In this document: one piece after another, positions 23,792 through 33,457 of the stretch
How positions within the stretch are numbered: position 1 is the first letter of the stretch
Layout of the letters: each line of letters opens with the position of its first letter
Source: Bacteroidota bacterium
GTDB lineage: Bacteria > Bacteroidota > Bacteroidia > Bacteroidales > VadinHA17
Direction: 5' to 3'
Length of the DNA stretch: 64,000 nt
NCBI GenBank assembly: GCA_016718875.1
Contig: JADKBL010000007.1
Span: 73,680-137,679 of the forward strand
The notes under the pieces: generated by a model
The model's database searches: none
Told to the model about the DNA's origin: nothing
The model's input: only the letters and a program-made list of their open reading frames with translations
Program-made: the position numbers and the translations under genes

Positions 23792-24688
23792 TTATTTTAT
23801 GTTTTTATTTTTCCTTCCTGTCGGGAAGACTCTGTAAATATTGAAACCGAAAAAGATATCTCCATCTGACCATTTGCCTTCTGTCCCGGTAATGTATCCT
23901 CTGGCAAACATCAGCTGCGAGTTTGTAGCCATTATCTGGAATACATGTCCGGCGGCTTCAATGTCAAATCCGAGACCCAGTGAATTGGCATAGTCATCAG
24001 CAGTCTTTCCTGGTAGAAGCCAGTAATATTCTCCATTGATGGAAAACTTACGCGTGAGCTTATACCTTCCGCCGAATCCGACTGAAAAAATATTATTCTG
24101 ATCTTCAGGTGTCGGTACCAGGTTTTTATGAATAAAAGAAGGTGATAGCTGAAATGAAAGATTCCTGTTGAACTTTCTTGAAATCAGTACCTGCGTTGCA
24201 TATGAGAGTCTTGAAGAGAAAAGATTATCCCTGTCAGGTTCTTCCCATTTGAGTGTCTTTATAAAGACAGCCTGGTAAACTGATACTGTAACAGGAATAT
24301 TTTTAAGACCGGTTTGTTGCCTGAGTACCTTGATTTTGACAGAACCGTCATATGTCTTTTCAAAAGTGCTTCTCCCGATCGAAAGTCCGACAATGTCTTT
24401 TATTCCATATTCGAAGCCCAGACGGGTAGTGCCCTGATCAATGCCAAAAAGAGTATATATCCCCTGATTGACTGCTCCGAACCTGTGAGAGATGTTAAAT
24501 TGCAGATCCAGATGTCCTGGTATTTCTGATGATTGTCCGTTCACTATCGTTGTACCTTTGAATGTACCATTAACATAATCGGGAGTTTTTGCATCTGACA
24601 TATTGTTCAGGATCTGATCGAGATCCTGGGAATATACTGATATACAGTATATTAAAAACAGGTTAAGGAGTAGAAGAATTTTTTTCAT
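23792..24688 (-). CDS. Predicted outer-membrane beta-barrel protein (DUF5777-like)
   Basis: The internal ATG gives MKKILLLLNLFLIYCISVYSQ. The rest shows alternating beta-strand sequence. The family assignment is from memory of similar Bacteroidota clusters. Confidence 0.5.
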   Translation of the reverse strand: MKKILLLLNLFLIYCISVYSQDLDQILNNMSDAKTPDYVNGTFKGTTIVNGQSSEIPGHLDLQFNISHRFGAVNQGIYTLFGIDQGTTRLGFEYGIKDIVGLSIGRSTFEKTYDGSVKIKVLRQQTGLKNIPVTVSVYQAVFIKTLKWEEPDRDNLFSSRLSYATQVLISRKFNRNLSFQLSPSFIHKNLVPTPEDQNNIFSVGFGGRYKLTRKFSINGEYYWLLPGKTADDYANSLGLGFDIEAAGHVFQIMATNSQLMFARGYITGTEGKWSDGDIFFGFNIYRVFPTGRKNKNIK

Positions 24689-24692
24689 CTGT

Positions 24693-25070
24693 TCAGTTTT
24701 CAGGTGCACCGTTATCCAGCCAGATATTAATAAGCTTAAGCTCACAAGCCGGGAGTTTGCCACGGTCTTTTGGCATCTTTGCAAATCCGTTGAGATGGTT
24801 GACCACACCTCTCAGTCTGCCATCGTTAACTACAATCATTTCGCTCTTATAGCTGTCGTGCCTAACTCCGTTGTAGCTCACCTCTTCGCCATGACAAACT
24901 ACACAGTTCACCTGCATAATTGCAGAGATCTTGGAATTCCAGGTAACATTGGTTGTATCACAATCGGGAGTTCCATAGAGATCAAGTTCATTTTTACTTA
25001 CACACGATAATAATGCAACCGTTGTTAGCAGTAGAATAATTAGAGCATGTATGTTTGACTTCCTGCGCAT
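24693..25070 (-). CDS. Monoheme c-type cytochrome-like lipoprotein
   Basis: Lipobox (LLSCVSKN) and a single CVVCH heme motif. ATG at 25070 (MRRKS..) is preferred over the TTG track start. Confidence 0.6.
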   Translation of the reverse strand: MRRKSNIHALIILLLTTVALLSCVSKNELDLYGTPDCDTTNVTWNSKISAIMQVNCVVCHGEEVSYNGVRHDSYKSEMIVVNDGRLRGVVNHLNGFAKMPKDRGKLPACELKLINIWLDNGAPEN

Positions 25071-25185
25071 TGAGCTATTCAAATGGGGACATGTAAATAT
25101 AGATAAAAATGGTGATCCTCATTTAAAAACTTATTTCAACTCATCTGCCTGACGGGGAGAGCTTAAGGTTTTTTCTCTGTTGTCT

Positions 25186-25623
25186 TTACTCGGTAATTGT
25201 AAGAATATTACCTGATCTGCTTACTTTGTATGATTTCAAAGCTATAGCCGCCGGGCCGGTTATTACACTGCCAGTTAAAGAAAAAACTGAACCATGACTC
25301 GGACATTGAAGATTGTTAGATTTCGAACTGAAGTTAATCTGGGCTCCCTCATGAGTGCAGGAAGCTGCAAGAGCAACAAATCCGCTGCTGGCTGTATTCA
25401 CCACAATGATGCCACTTACAATTTTGGATCCTCCGTTGTTATTCAGCACAGAATTGTCTCCAAGGGAAAGATCAATTATTATATCGGTTTTGATATCTGG
25501 TCCTTTAGGACTCTGGTCAACCGGTTTAAATTCAGTTTTCTCACAGCTTGTAAGAATACCAGGAGCCAGTAAAAGTGCTGTTGTTCCCATTAGAACCCGC
25601 TGAATCAATAATCTTCTGTCCAT
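25186..25623 (-). CDS. Tat-exported Rieske [2Fe-2S] lipoprotein
   Basis: The N-terminus MDRRLLIQRV...LTSCEK carries a twin-arginine motif and a lipobox. Rieske boxes CTHEG and CPSHGS are present. Confidence 0.8.
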   Translation of the reverse strand: MDRRLLIQRVLMGTTALLLAPGILTSCEKTEFKPVDQSPKGPDIKTDIIIDLSLGDNSVLNNNGGSKIVSGIIVVNTASSGFVALAASCTHEGAQINFSSKSNNLQCPSHGSVFSLTGSVITGPAAIALKSYKVSRSGNILTITE

Positions 25624-25779
25624 AATCGGTAAATTTAGATACTATATTATAGAACAACCGGAGTTGCTTTTTGTTAAGTCCTTTATATAACTTTTTTCAT
25701 TAATATTGTGGATGTGTTTCAGATCACTTTTAAATTGTTCTTCTGGTTATCAATCAAATAATTATTATATCCACATCGT

Positions 25780-26697
25780 ATGCCATTAAATATTCCTGAT
25801 AAACTACCGGCAATTGAATTCCTTCAAAAAGAGAATATCTTTTTAATGGATGAATCGAGGGCAATGCACCAGGATATACGTCCACTTAAAATTGCTTTGC
25901 TTAATCTGATGCCGGTAAAGATCACCACGGAGATAGACCTTGTAAGAATTCTGTCCAATTCACCACTACAGGTGGAACTTGAACTCATCAAGCTTTCAAC
26001 CCATACATCAAAAACGACTCCAAGGGAGCATATGCAGGCTTTTTATAAGGACTTCAAACATATTGTAAACCATAAATATGATGGTCTTATAATTACCGGT
26101 GCTCCGGTGGAACAGATGCCATTTGAGGAGGTTACATACTGGGAGGAACTTACGGGTATCTTTGACTGGGCCAGGACCAATGTTACATCATCAATGTTCA
26201 TCTGCTGGGGAGCACAGGCAGCGCTTTACCATTATTACGGCATACCAAAATACCCTCTTGAGAAAAAGATGTTCGGAGTATTCAGACATACCAAGAACGA
26301 TCCTAAACATCCTATTTTCAGGGGATTCGATGATTTATTCTACGTGCCGCACAGTCGTCATACTGAAATACGCAGGAAGGATATTATAAAAGTACCAGGA
26401 CTTAAGATTCTATCAGAATCGGAGGTTTCAGGTGTGAATATTGTTGCTGCAGTCAATGGCCGTGAGTTTTTTCTGACAGGACATGCAGAATACTCCCCTG
26501 ATACTCTTGACAAGGAGTACAAACGAGATCTGTCCAAAAATCTTCCTATTGATTTGCCGGCAAACTATTACCCCGACAATAATCCGGAAAGCAAACCACT
26601 TGTTCAATGGCGCTCACATGCAAATCTCCTGTTTGGTAACTGGCTGAATTATTTTGTTTATCAGATTACTCCTTATAATATTGAAGCTATTGGATAA
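25780..26697 (+). CDS. metA: Homoserine O-acyltransferase (MetA family)
   Basis: 305 aa. N-terminus MPLNIPDKLPAIE..LNLMP, catalytic Cys context (FICWGAQAAL), typical MetA length. Confidence 0.9.
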   Translation: MPLNIPDKLPAIEFLQKENIFLMDESRAMHQDIRPLKIALLNLMPVKITTEIDLVRILSNSPLQVELELIKLSTHTSKTTPREHMQAFYKDFKHIVNHKYDGLIITGAPVEQMPFEEVTYWEELTGIFDWARTNVTSSMFICWGAQAALYHYYGIPKYPLEKKMFGVFRHTKNDPKHPIFRGFDDLFYVPHSRHTEIRRKDIIKVPGLKILSESEVSGVNIVAAVNGREFFLTGHAEYSPDTLDKEYKRDLSKNLPIDLPANYYPDNNPESKPLVQWRSHANLLFGNWLNYFVYQITPYNIEAIG

Positions 26698-26796
26698 CCG
26701 GATGCAACGGGATCCTTGTTTATGGCAGCGTATAAACAGTTAATTAACAAATGTTTGTTAAATATTGTTTGAAGGAGTATTTAATTCAGATTTTAC

Positions 26797-27508
26797 ATGA
26801 ACAGAGAGTCTATCACGATAAATACTTCTTCTGTCATCAGAATACTTTTTATTACTGTTGCAATACTCATTCTGGGTTACATTTCACTTCAGACTTAATA
26901 AATATATTGGCGGATATTTGATTACCAGTCTAAAGCCATTGTTTGAACTGAGTGGTGATAGCAATCTTACTTCTTTTTATTCTGCCTTATTGCTTTTATT
27001 TATTTCAGGCTTGCTGTTCCTTATTACGAACCTTATTAAATTAAATATTAATAAATATGAATTCCGGTGGGTTTTATTGTCAGTTATCTTTTTATATCTG
27101 TCTGTCGACGAATCCGTTAATATTCATGCCCGATTAGGTGCTGTCTTTAAGAAAATAATAGGAAGTGGAAATCTTCCGGATTATTTCCAGTATGGATGGG
27201 TGCTGCCCTACCTCATAGTACTGGTTTTTCTTAGCTTATATTTTGCCAGATTTTTCTTTAGTTTTGATAGGAAAACCATTGTCAGATTTGCAATTGCATT
27301 TATCGTATATGTTACCGGTGCTGCAGGGATGGAGATGATTGAATCAAAATTCCATGTGTTATACGGCACCTATCACCTGATGTATAAAATCTTAGTTGCT
27401 ATTGAAGAAATTATGGAAATGACAGGATCCATTCTGTTTATAAGGGCCTTGCTGATTTATATATCAGAGAATTTCGCTGATTCCGGAATAAAGGTCGTCA
27501 GAAAATAG
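26797..27508 (+). CDS. Polytopic membrane protein, unknown function (probable frame break near 26890)
   Basis: Track ORF 26858..27508 starts at TTG. An upstream ATG (26797) encodes a plausible first TM helix (VIRILFITVAILILGYISL) in another frame. Confidence 0.4.
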
Positions 27509-27516
27509 TTTTGATC

Positions 27517-28026
27517 TCAAAACAGGAATGGAATAAACATTTTGGTAACCTTCATGTATTCCCGGTACGACTCTCCGAATTTTGTTATCATCTCTTTTTC
27601 CTCGATAAGGGCAGTTATGATTACAGCTACCATGTTAATTGTTCCGAGAACCAGTTGCAAGGGCCCGGTATCTTTCAGCATTATACCTGTACCGAGCAGA
27701 AAAACTGAAAGATAGAGTGGATGACGGATATAGCCATAAATTCCTGATTTTACCAGGACAGATGTGTTTTCGAAATTGCTATCAGGTTTACCTACACTTT
27801 TAAGTAAAAGAAATCCTGCTGTAACAGGATAAATAGAAAATATCAAGAGAAGCCAGGAAGAGATGTGGACGGCGGAGAAAGGATCATTAAACCAGACCCT
27901 GAAATTCAGTAAAAACAGGATAAATACACTTTCAAATGCAAAGAACCTTGCAATACCATGATATCTCCATGTTTGATTGAAAGGAACCACGAGACAAGTA
28001 TTATTAAAAGAGTTCCTGGATAACAT
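27517..28026 (-). CDS. Membrane methyltransferase family protein (ICMT/PEMT-like)
   Basis: Four TM segments. C-terminal motif GIYGYIRHPLYLS...EEKEM, typical of isoprenylcysteine carboxyl / phospholipid methyltransferase-like proteins. Confidence 0.65.
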   Translation of the reverse strand: MLSRNSFNNTCLVVPFNQTWRYHGIARFFAFESVFILFLLNFRVWFNDPFSAVHISSWLLLIFSIYPVTAGFLLLKSVGKPDSNFENTSVLVKSGIYGYIRHPLYLSVFLLGTGIMLKDTGPLQLVLGTINMVAVIITALIEEKEMITKFGESYREYMKVTKMFIPFLF

Positions 28027-28098
28027 AAATATTCATGATTTTACAAGCGGTTTTTCAGGGAAAAGCTGAATTAATTGATTTGATATAGTTATAAACTT

Positions 28099-30103
28099 CT
28101 ATTTGTGACTGGATCCTGTTTTATTAATTTTTACAAACTCGTTTGACTGGTCCTCATCAAAAATCCTTGCCTTGACATTGTCCTTCCATTGTATATTAAA
28201 GATCTTCTTTATCTCCTCTTTTATCTCTTGTCAAAATAGGACAGGTAACCTCTATCCTGTGATCGAGATTACGCGGCATAAGGTCAGCAGAAGATATATA
28301 TATCTCTTCGCTGCCACCATTGCAGAAGATAAAGTAACAGAGTGTTCAGATACCTGTCGACTATACCTATCGCCTTTATATTCTCACTCTGTTTGCTTAT
28401 CTCAGGTACCAGTGAAAGCATTCCTCTTACAATCAGTTTAATTTTGACTCCTGCACAGCTTGCTTCATGTAGCTGCTCGATTATATCTTTGTCAGTTAGG
28501 TTATTAAGCTTCATATAAATATAAGCTTTCTTCCCCTCCTGTGCATTTTTAATCTCATTTTCTATCATCAGACTGATCTTATTGCGCAGGAAGAAAGGCG
28601 AAAGTACCAGGTGATAAAAATTATCTTTTTTATAATTGACACTAAAGAAGTTAAAGGCTTTATAAACCTCATTGGTTATTTTTTATTTGTAGTAAGGAGA
28701 AGATGGTCGGTGTAAATTCTTGCAGTATCCTTATTGAAATTGCCTGTCCCGACAGCCGCATAGTGTTCGGTTATATCATCCTTGATCCTTGTTATGAGGC
28801 ATAATTTTGAATGTTCTTTTAATCCGGGTACCCCATAAATGACTTTTACTCCTTCGTTGAGCAGCTTATTTCCCCAGTTGATGTTAGCTTCCTCGTCAAA
28901 TCTGGCCTGAAGCTCAACAACAGTGGTAACATCCTTTCCATTCCTTACAGCATTGAGCAGGGCATTTATTACACTCGAATTACGAGCAAGCCTGTAAAGT
29001 GTAATCTGGATAGATTCTACTGCAGGATCAATGGAAGCTTCGCGCAGCATATCTATAAAATGGTCGAAGGGATGATAGGGAAAATAGAGCATCAGATCCT
29101 TCTTCTTAATAACGGATAAAATGCTTTTACCCTGGACTATATCACGATGAGGGACAGGAATCAGCTCTTCATTATAAAACTCTTTTATCCCAAGGTTGGG
29201 GAACTTCATGAAATCCTTGAAATTATGATACCTGTTACTGGCTATCACAACGTCATCAGAGCCTATGTTCAATTTTTGTTTAATGATCTTCAGCAGATCA
29301 GGAGGGATGCATCTGTCATAAATAAATCTGACAGGTGTTCCTTTTTTTCTCTGCTGAAGGCTTTTGGAAAGTTTATCTATATAGCTTTCCGAAATATCAT
29401 CAGCAATCTCAAGCTCGGCATCCTTGGTAAGCTTAATAGTATAGGCAGAAATCTCGTCGAAATCAAAGATGAAAAAGATATCCTTCAGCCCGAACCTGAT
29501 AATATCATCCAGGAAGATAATGTATTTTTCTTCCTTTTTCCCCGGGAGCTGTATGAACCGGGGAAGTATCCCTGTTGGAACTTCAAGCAGGGCATATCTC
29601 TTCTTAAGAGATTCTTTTTTAAAGAGATATACAGCAAGGTATATAGCATCATCAGTCAGGTTAGGAAGATCGGAATCCCTCTCGATCATAAAAGGCATCA
29701 GCCGGTTCCTTACCTCTTTATGAAAATAATTTGTTACAAAATCTATCTGTTCAGGGTTGAGTTGTTTTTCATTAAGAATATGTACCTTATGATTGGAGAG
29801 CTCCTTGAGAAGCCTGGTATAAATCTTTTCAAATTTAGTATTCTGTGAAATAACTATCTCCTGGATCTTTTTAAGAGTAGCTTTTGGATTGTACCCGAGT
29901 ATGTTTTTTGACTTTGCCCCGTAAAGAGAAAGCCTTTTGAGTGTTGCAACCCGAACCCTGAAATATTCATCGAGATTATTGGAATATATTCCAAGAAATT
30001 TGAAGCGTTCAATCAATGGAACTTCCTTGTTCTCTGCTTCCTGCAGGACCCGTTCATTAAACGACAGCCAGCTGATCTCTTTTGGTATGTATGATTTGTT
30101 CAT
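28099..30103 (-). pseudogene. ppk1: Polyphosphate kinase 1, about 4 frame breaks
   Basis: N-terminus NKSYIPKEISWLSFNERVLQEA. C-terminal HKD-type region (..GTGNFN.., [26 protein letters not shown]). The 28676 break is an A-run one base short. Other breaks lie near 28375, 28350 and 28243. Stop at 28099. Confidence 0.85.
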
Positions 30104-30110
30104 AAATGAT

Positions 30111-30596
30111 TCATGGCTTAAGATAGTACTCTATTTCTCCGCTGTTCCTTGAAAGTTCCGACCAGGTGCTGATTTTAAAAGATATTCCAACAATACCGCA
30201 TTTAGGCATAAAATTGCAGCCTTCCCTGCTTAGTTCACCAGCCAGCTCAGTGAATGAAGGATTGTGCCCGAATAGTGTAACAACATCTGTTTCTTCCTTT
30301 ACCCTTAAAAGTTCTTCATGCAAGGTCTGAAGGTTCAGTTTATAATAAATATTCCCTGCCATAAGAATATGATCTGAAGGAATCCGGAATACTCCAGCAA
30401 ATATTAAAGCTGTTTCTATAGCTCTGAAGGCAGGACTTGAGATAATGACACCCACATATTTTTCCTTTTCCTTAAGCTTCAGAGCCATTTCAGTTGCAAT
30501 AGTCTTGCCTTTAGTTGTCAGTGATCTTTCAAAGTCGGAAAGGTCGAGACTGGGCTCTTCGGCTTTGCTGTGACGGACAAAAATCAGCTTTTTCAT
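30111..30596 (-). CDS. SixA-like histidine phosphatase family protein
   Basis: RH motif at the N-terminus (IFVRHSKAE), SPAFRAIETA, and the GHNP region. Confidence 0.65.
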   Translation of the reverse strand: MKKLIFVRHSKAEEPSLDLSDFERSLTTKGKTIATEMALKLKEKEKYVGVIISSPAFRAIETALIFAGVFRIPSDHILMAGNIYYKLNLQTLHEELLRVKEETDVVTLFGHNPSFTELAGELSREGCNFMPKCGIVGISFKISTWSELSRNSGEIEYYLKP

Positions 30597-30643
30597 ATAA
30601 TATTGAATTTAATATTATTGCGTTTTGGAGGTTTAAGCCTAAT

Positions 30644-31687
30644 TCAGATACCAAAGCTTGTTCCCATATCCTGTGCCTGTTTGACCATGAAATCATCCTT
30701 TTGTACAAGTTTCAGTTTGCCGGCTGGCTCCGAAAGCGGCACCGATTCAATCTTATCATTTCTTAGTGCTACCATTTTTCCGTAATCCCTGTCGGCAATC
30801 ATATTGGCTGCTGCAGCACCATACCTTGTTGCGAGTACTCTGTCCATCGGAGATGGTGTCCCTCCCCGCTGAACGTATCCGAGTACAGTTTCCCGCGTAT
30901 CAAGACCGGTCAATTCCCTTATTTTCCGACTCAGGGCCTGAGCTGCAGAACAACTGTCTTTTACAGCCATTCTAATTCCTTCTGCTACAACAACTATTGA
31001 ATAGGGTTTGTTCTCTGAAGCCCGATGTATAAGATATTCTGCAACTTTCTCGTCACTGTATTCTATTTCAGGGATTAGTATGACATCGCCTCCGCCGGCA
31101 ATACCGGAGTAAAGTGCTATCCAGCCGGCATTGTGTCCCATTACCTCAATTATCATTATTCTTTTATGGGAGTTTGCAGTTGAATGAAGCCGGTCAATTG
31201 CTTCCGTCGCAATATTTACAGCCGAATCAAATCCGAAAGTGATATCTGTACCCCAAACATCATTATCGATGGTTTTAGGTATTCCAACTACATTAAGTCC
31301 CTCCTGGGCAAGAAGATGTGCGGTTTTGAGCGTGCCGTTACCACCAATGCATACAAGACAGTCGAGACCCATCTGCTCATAATGTTCGCTTATAAGTTTT
31401 GGTTTGCTTATCTCATTCTTTCCCTTACCGCTGCTTTTAAAAGGTTTTTCGCGGGAGGTTCCAAGTATTGTACCACCAAGAGTCAGAATACCCGAAAGGT
31501 CATGTTCTGTTAGTTCACGGTATTCCTTATGTATCATTCCTGTAAAGCCGTCGCTTATACCAATCAGCTTCATGTCATATTTTACAATTGCTGTTTTGCC
31601 CACGCCCCTTATAGCAGCATTCAGTCCGGGACAGTCGCCACCAGCCGTCAGAATACCAATCCGCTGACCTTTTTTTATTTTACCCAT
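30644..31687 (-). CDS. pfkA: 6-phosphofructokinase (PfkA family)
   Basis: GILTAGGDCPGLNAAIRG, PKTIDND, MGHNAG. The usual GGDG(S/T) box reads GGNGT here. Confidence 0.88.
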   Translation of the reverse strand: MGKIKKGQRIGILTAGGDCPGLNAAIRGVGKTAIVKYDMKLIGISDGFTGMIHKEYRELTEHDLSGILTLGGTILGTSREKPFKSSGKGKNEISKPKLISEHYEQMGLDCLVCIGGNGTLKTAHLLAQEGLNVVGIPKTIDNDVWGTDITFGFDSAVNIATEAIDRLHSTANSHKRIMIIEVMGHNAGWIALYSGIAGGGDVILIPEIEYSDEKVAEYLIHRASENKPYSIVVVAEGIRMAVKDSCSAAQALSRKIRELTGLDTRETVLGYVQRGGTPSPMDRVLATRYGAAAANMIADRDYGKMVALRNDKIESVPLSEPAGKLKLVQKDDFMVKQAQDMGTSFGI

Positions 31688-31737
31688 TTTCTGAACATTA
31701 GATTTAGTATAGCAAATTTAGCTTTTTATTTGTTGTT

Positions 31738-31766
31738 TCCCGCTGATCGCGCTGATTTTCGCAGAT
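31738..31766 (+). repeat. Dispersed ~28-nt repeat, copy 1
   Basis: tcccgctgatcgcgctgattttcgcaga. Identical over 28 nt to copy 3. Confidence 0.8.
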
Positions 31767-32172
31767 ATAACAATTAAAAAGCATTAATATTCAGATGGGT
31801 CGCCGCTTACTGTTTACTTTTCGTAATTGTTGTGCTTATCTTCGATTGAAATTAACAGCAGCTAATTTTAACCGGTTATTTGGATAGTCAAGCTTGTTTA
31901 TGGCTCATATTTTCTACAGATTTTTTTCATTAGGGCCTTTTTCTTAATAGATCTGCCCTGATCAGGTCTAGTTTTATTTCATTTAAATGACAGGTATTGG
32001 GATTGAGCTGACGCCAGATTTAACTGTGTTAATTCATATACCAGTGCTGCTTCACACAGATTCTAAAGTCCGGTCTAATGAATTATAAACCCTAAATATA
32101 CAGCCTCTGATTTTATAGGAGATTTCATTTTCCACCATAATATTAGCATTTAATTGCAGGTCTAAATTATTC

Positions 32173-32199
32173 ATCTGCGCTGATCTGCGATATCAGCGG
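32173..32199 (-). repeat. Dispersed repeat, degenerate inverted copy
   Basis: atctgcgctgatctgcgatatcagcgg. Its reverse complement shares the CCGCTGAT...CGCAGAT ends. Confidence 0.5.
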
Positions 32200-32270
32200 T
32201 AAAAAATTGAAAATTATTAATTAACAGCGAGCATACTAATTTATAAAAAAATCTGAAATCAAAAAAATAG

Positions 32271-32298
32271 TCCCGCTGATCGCGCTGATTTTCGCAGA
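32271..32298 (+). repeat. Dispersed ~28-nt repeat, copy 3
   Basis: tcccgctgatcgcgctgattttcgcaga, 533 nt downstream of copy 1. Confidence 0.8.
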
Positions 32299-32383
32299 CA
32301 GAACTAAGAGCTGTTTTGAATATTTTGCCGGATCCATATAAAATCTTTAACTTTAACAGATTGGGTTATCTATAAATGAATCA

Positions 32384-33265
32384 ATGGGATCAGAAACACT
32401 AAGGATCAGGGAAATCAAACCTGTGCTCTCGGGATATATCAGCAAATCCAGGGAGTTGCTGAAAATATCTGCCGTACCAGATGAAGATACAATTCATGAT
32501 ATCAGGGTGTTTATGAAAAAGTCGAGGGCAGTTCTGAAAATTGCAGGACATGTGAATTCAGAGGGCCATCAGGATCGTGATCTCATGTCACTAAAACAGG
32601 TTGGACAGATAATGAGTCACTGGCGCGATAAATCAGTCCACCGAAAAACACTCAGAGATCTCAGGAAGGAATATCCATCATTATTTTCAAAAATTGAGTC
32701 GGATGAAAAGATTGCCGGCCTGATGAGAAAACCGGAAGAAGTTACTGAGCCTGATGAAGAAATGAAAAGCGGCATTATGGCGATTGATGATTTACTTAAT
32801 AAAACATATTTTCGAATAAGGTTTGGAGAGATTCAAAAGGCAGAGGCATATTTCCTGCTTGATCAGTTGGAATTATCGTTTGGGGCAGTCAGGAATATTT
32901 ACCTTGAATGCAGAAACAGTGCCAGACCTGAAAAAATACATAAGTTCAGGAAACGTTCTAAGGACCTGCTTTACCAGATGTACTTCTTCCGCCCGGTTAA
33001 TCCATCCAGGATAAAGCAGGTTGAAAAGCGACTGGAAAGACTGGCAATGAACCTGGGGAAATATAATGATCTCTACCAGCTTCTTAAGACTATCGGATAT
33101 GTTTATCCTGATGAAGCAAACCCTCCTGCAATGGATGAGCTGGTTATCAGGATCAGAGAAATGCAGGATGATTACCTGACCGGGGCATGGAAGGATGCCT
33201 ATAAATGTTTTTGCCCAGGTAAAAATTTGTCAGACCTGATTGGATTTAAGGTTGTTGAAGGATAA
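32384..33265 (+). CDS. CHAD domain protein
   Basis: All-helical 293-aa protein rich in basic residues. Contains HDIRVFMKKSRAVLKI and HKFRKRSKDLLY, which are CHAD-type motifs. Confidence 0.65.
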   Translation: MGSETLRIREIKPVLSGYISKSRELLKISAVPDEDTIHDIRVFMKKSRAVLKIAGHVNSEGHQDRDLMSLKQVGQIMSHWRDKSVHRKTLRDLRKEYPSLFSKIESDEKIAGLMRKPEEVTEPDEEMKSGIMAIDDLLNKTYFRIRFGEIQKAEAYFLLDQLELSFGAVRNIYLECRNSARPEKIHKFRKRSKDLLYQMYFFRPVNPSRIKQVEKRLERLAMNLGKYNDLYQLLKTIGYVYPDEANPPAMDELVIRIREMQDDYLTGAWKDAYKCFCPGKNLSDLIGFKVVEG

Positions 33266-33341
33266 TCCATCATGTTTTTCAGTGCAGATTTCTTTTTCGA
33301 AATAATTTATAACGATTCTAAATAATCGGCATTTATCAGAT

Positions 33342-33357
33342 TGTTAATTTGTTAACA
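33342..33357. promoter_or_regulatory. Inverted repeat TGTTAA-N4-TTAACA upstream of the Mo-oxidoreductase operon
   Basis: Perfect 6-nt arms about 100 nt upstream of the ATG at 33458. Possible operator. Confidence 0.2.
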
Positions 33358-33431
33358 GTAGCAGGGTTCTTTCTGGTTATGTAATACATACATTTATCTA
33401 TATATATAAATTTAGGAATTATATTTTTTAA

Positions 33432-33439
33432 TAGTTTTG
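33432..33439 (+). promoter_or_regulatory. Candidate -7 box (TAGTTTTG)
   Basis: TAnnTTTG match ending 19 nt before the ATG at 33458. Confidence 0.35.
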
Positions 33440-33457
33440 TTGCAATTAACTCATCGA

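Noticed and set aside
25624-25779. Possible SAM riboswitch upstream of metA.
   Set aside because: I found no conserved SAM-I or SAM-II core elements and no convincing stem architecture. The leader is AT-rich and unstructured.
29147-29848. 233-aa plus-strand ORF.
   Set aside because: It is antisense to the well-supported ppk1 coding sequence and shows no recognisable motifs.
32060-32075. AAAGTCCGG string resembling the conserved RNase P RNA CR-I motif within the long pfkA-CHAD spacer.
   Set aside because: It is an isolated 9-nt match in AT-rich sequence. The surrounding conserved helices and GC-rich structure of RNase P RNA are absent.
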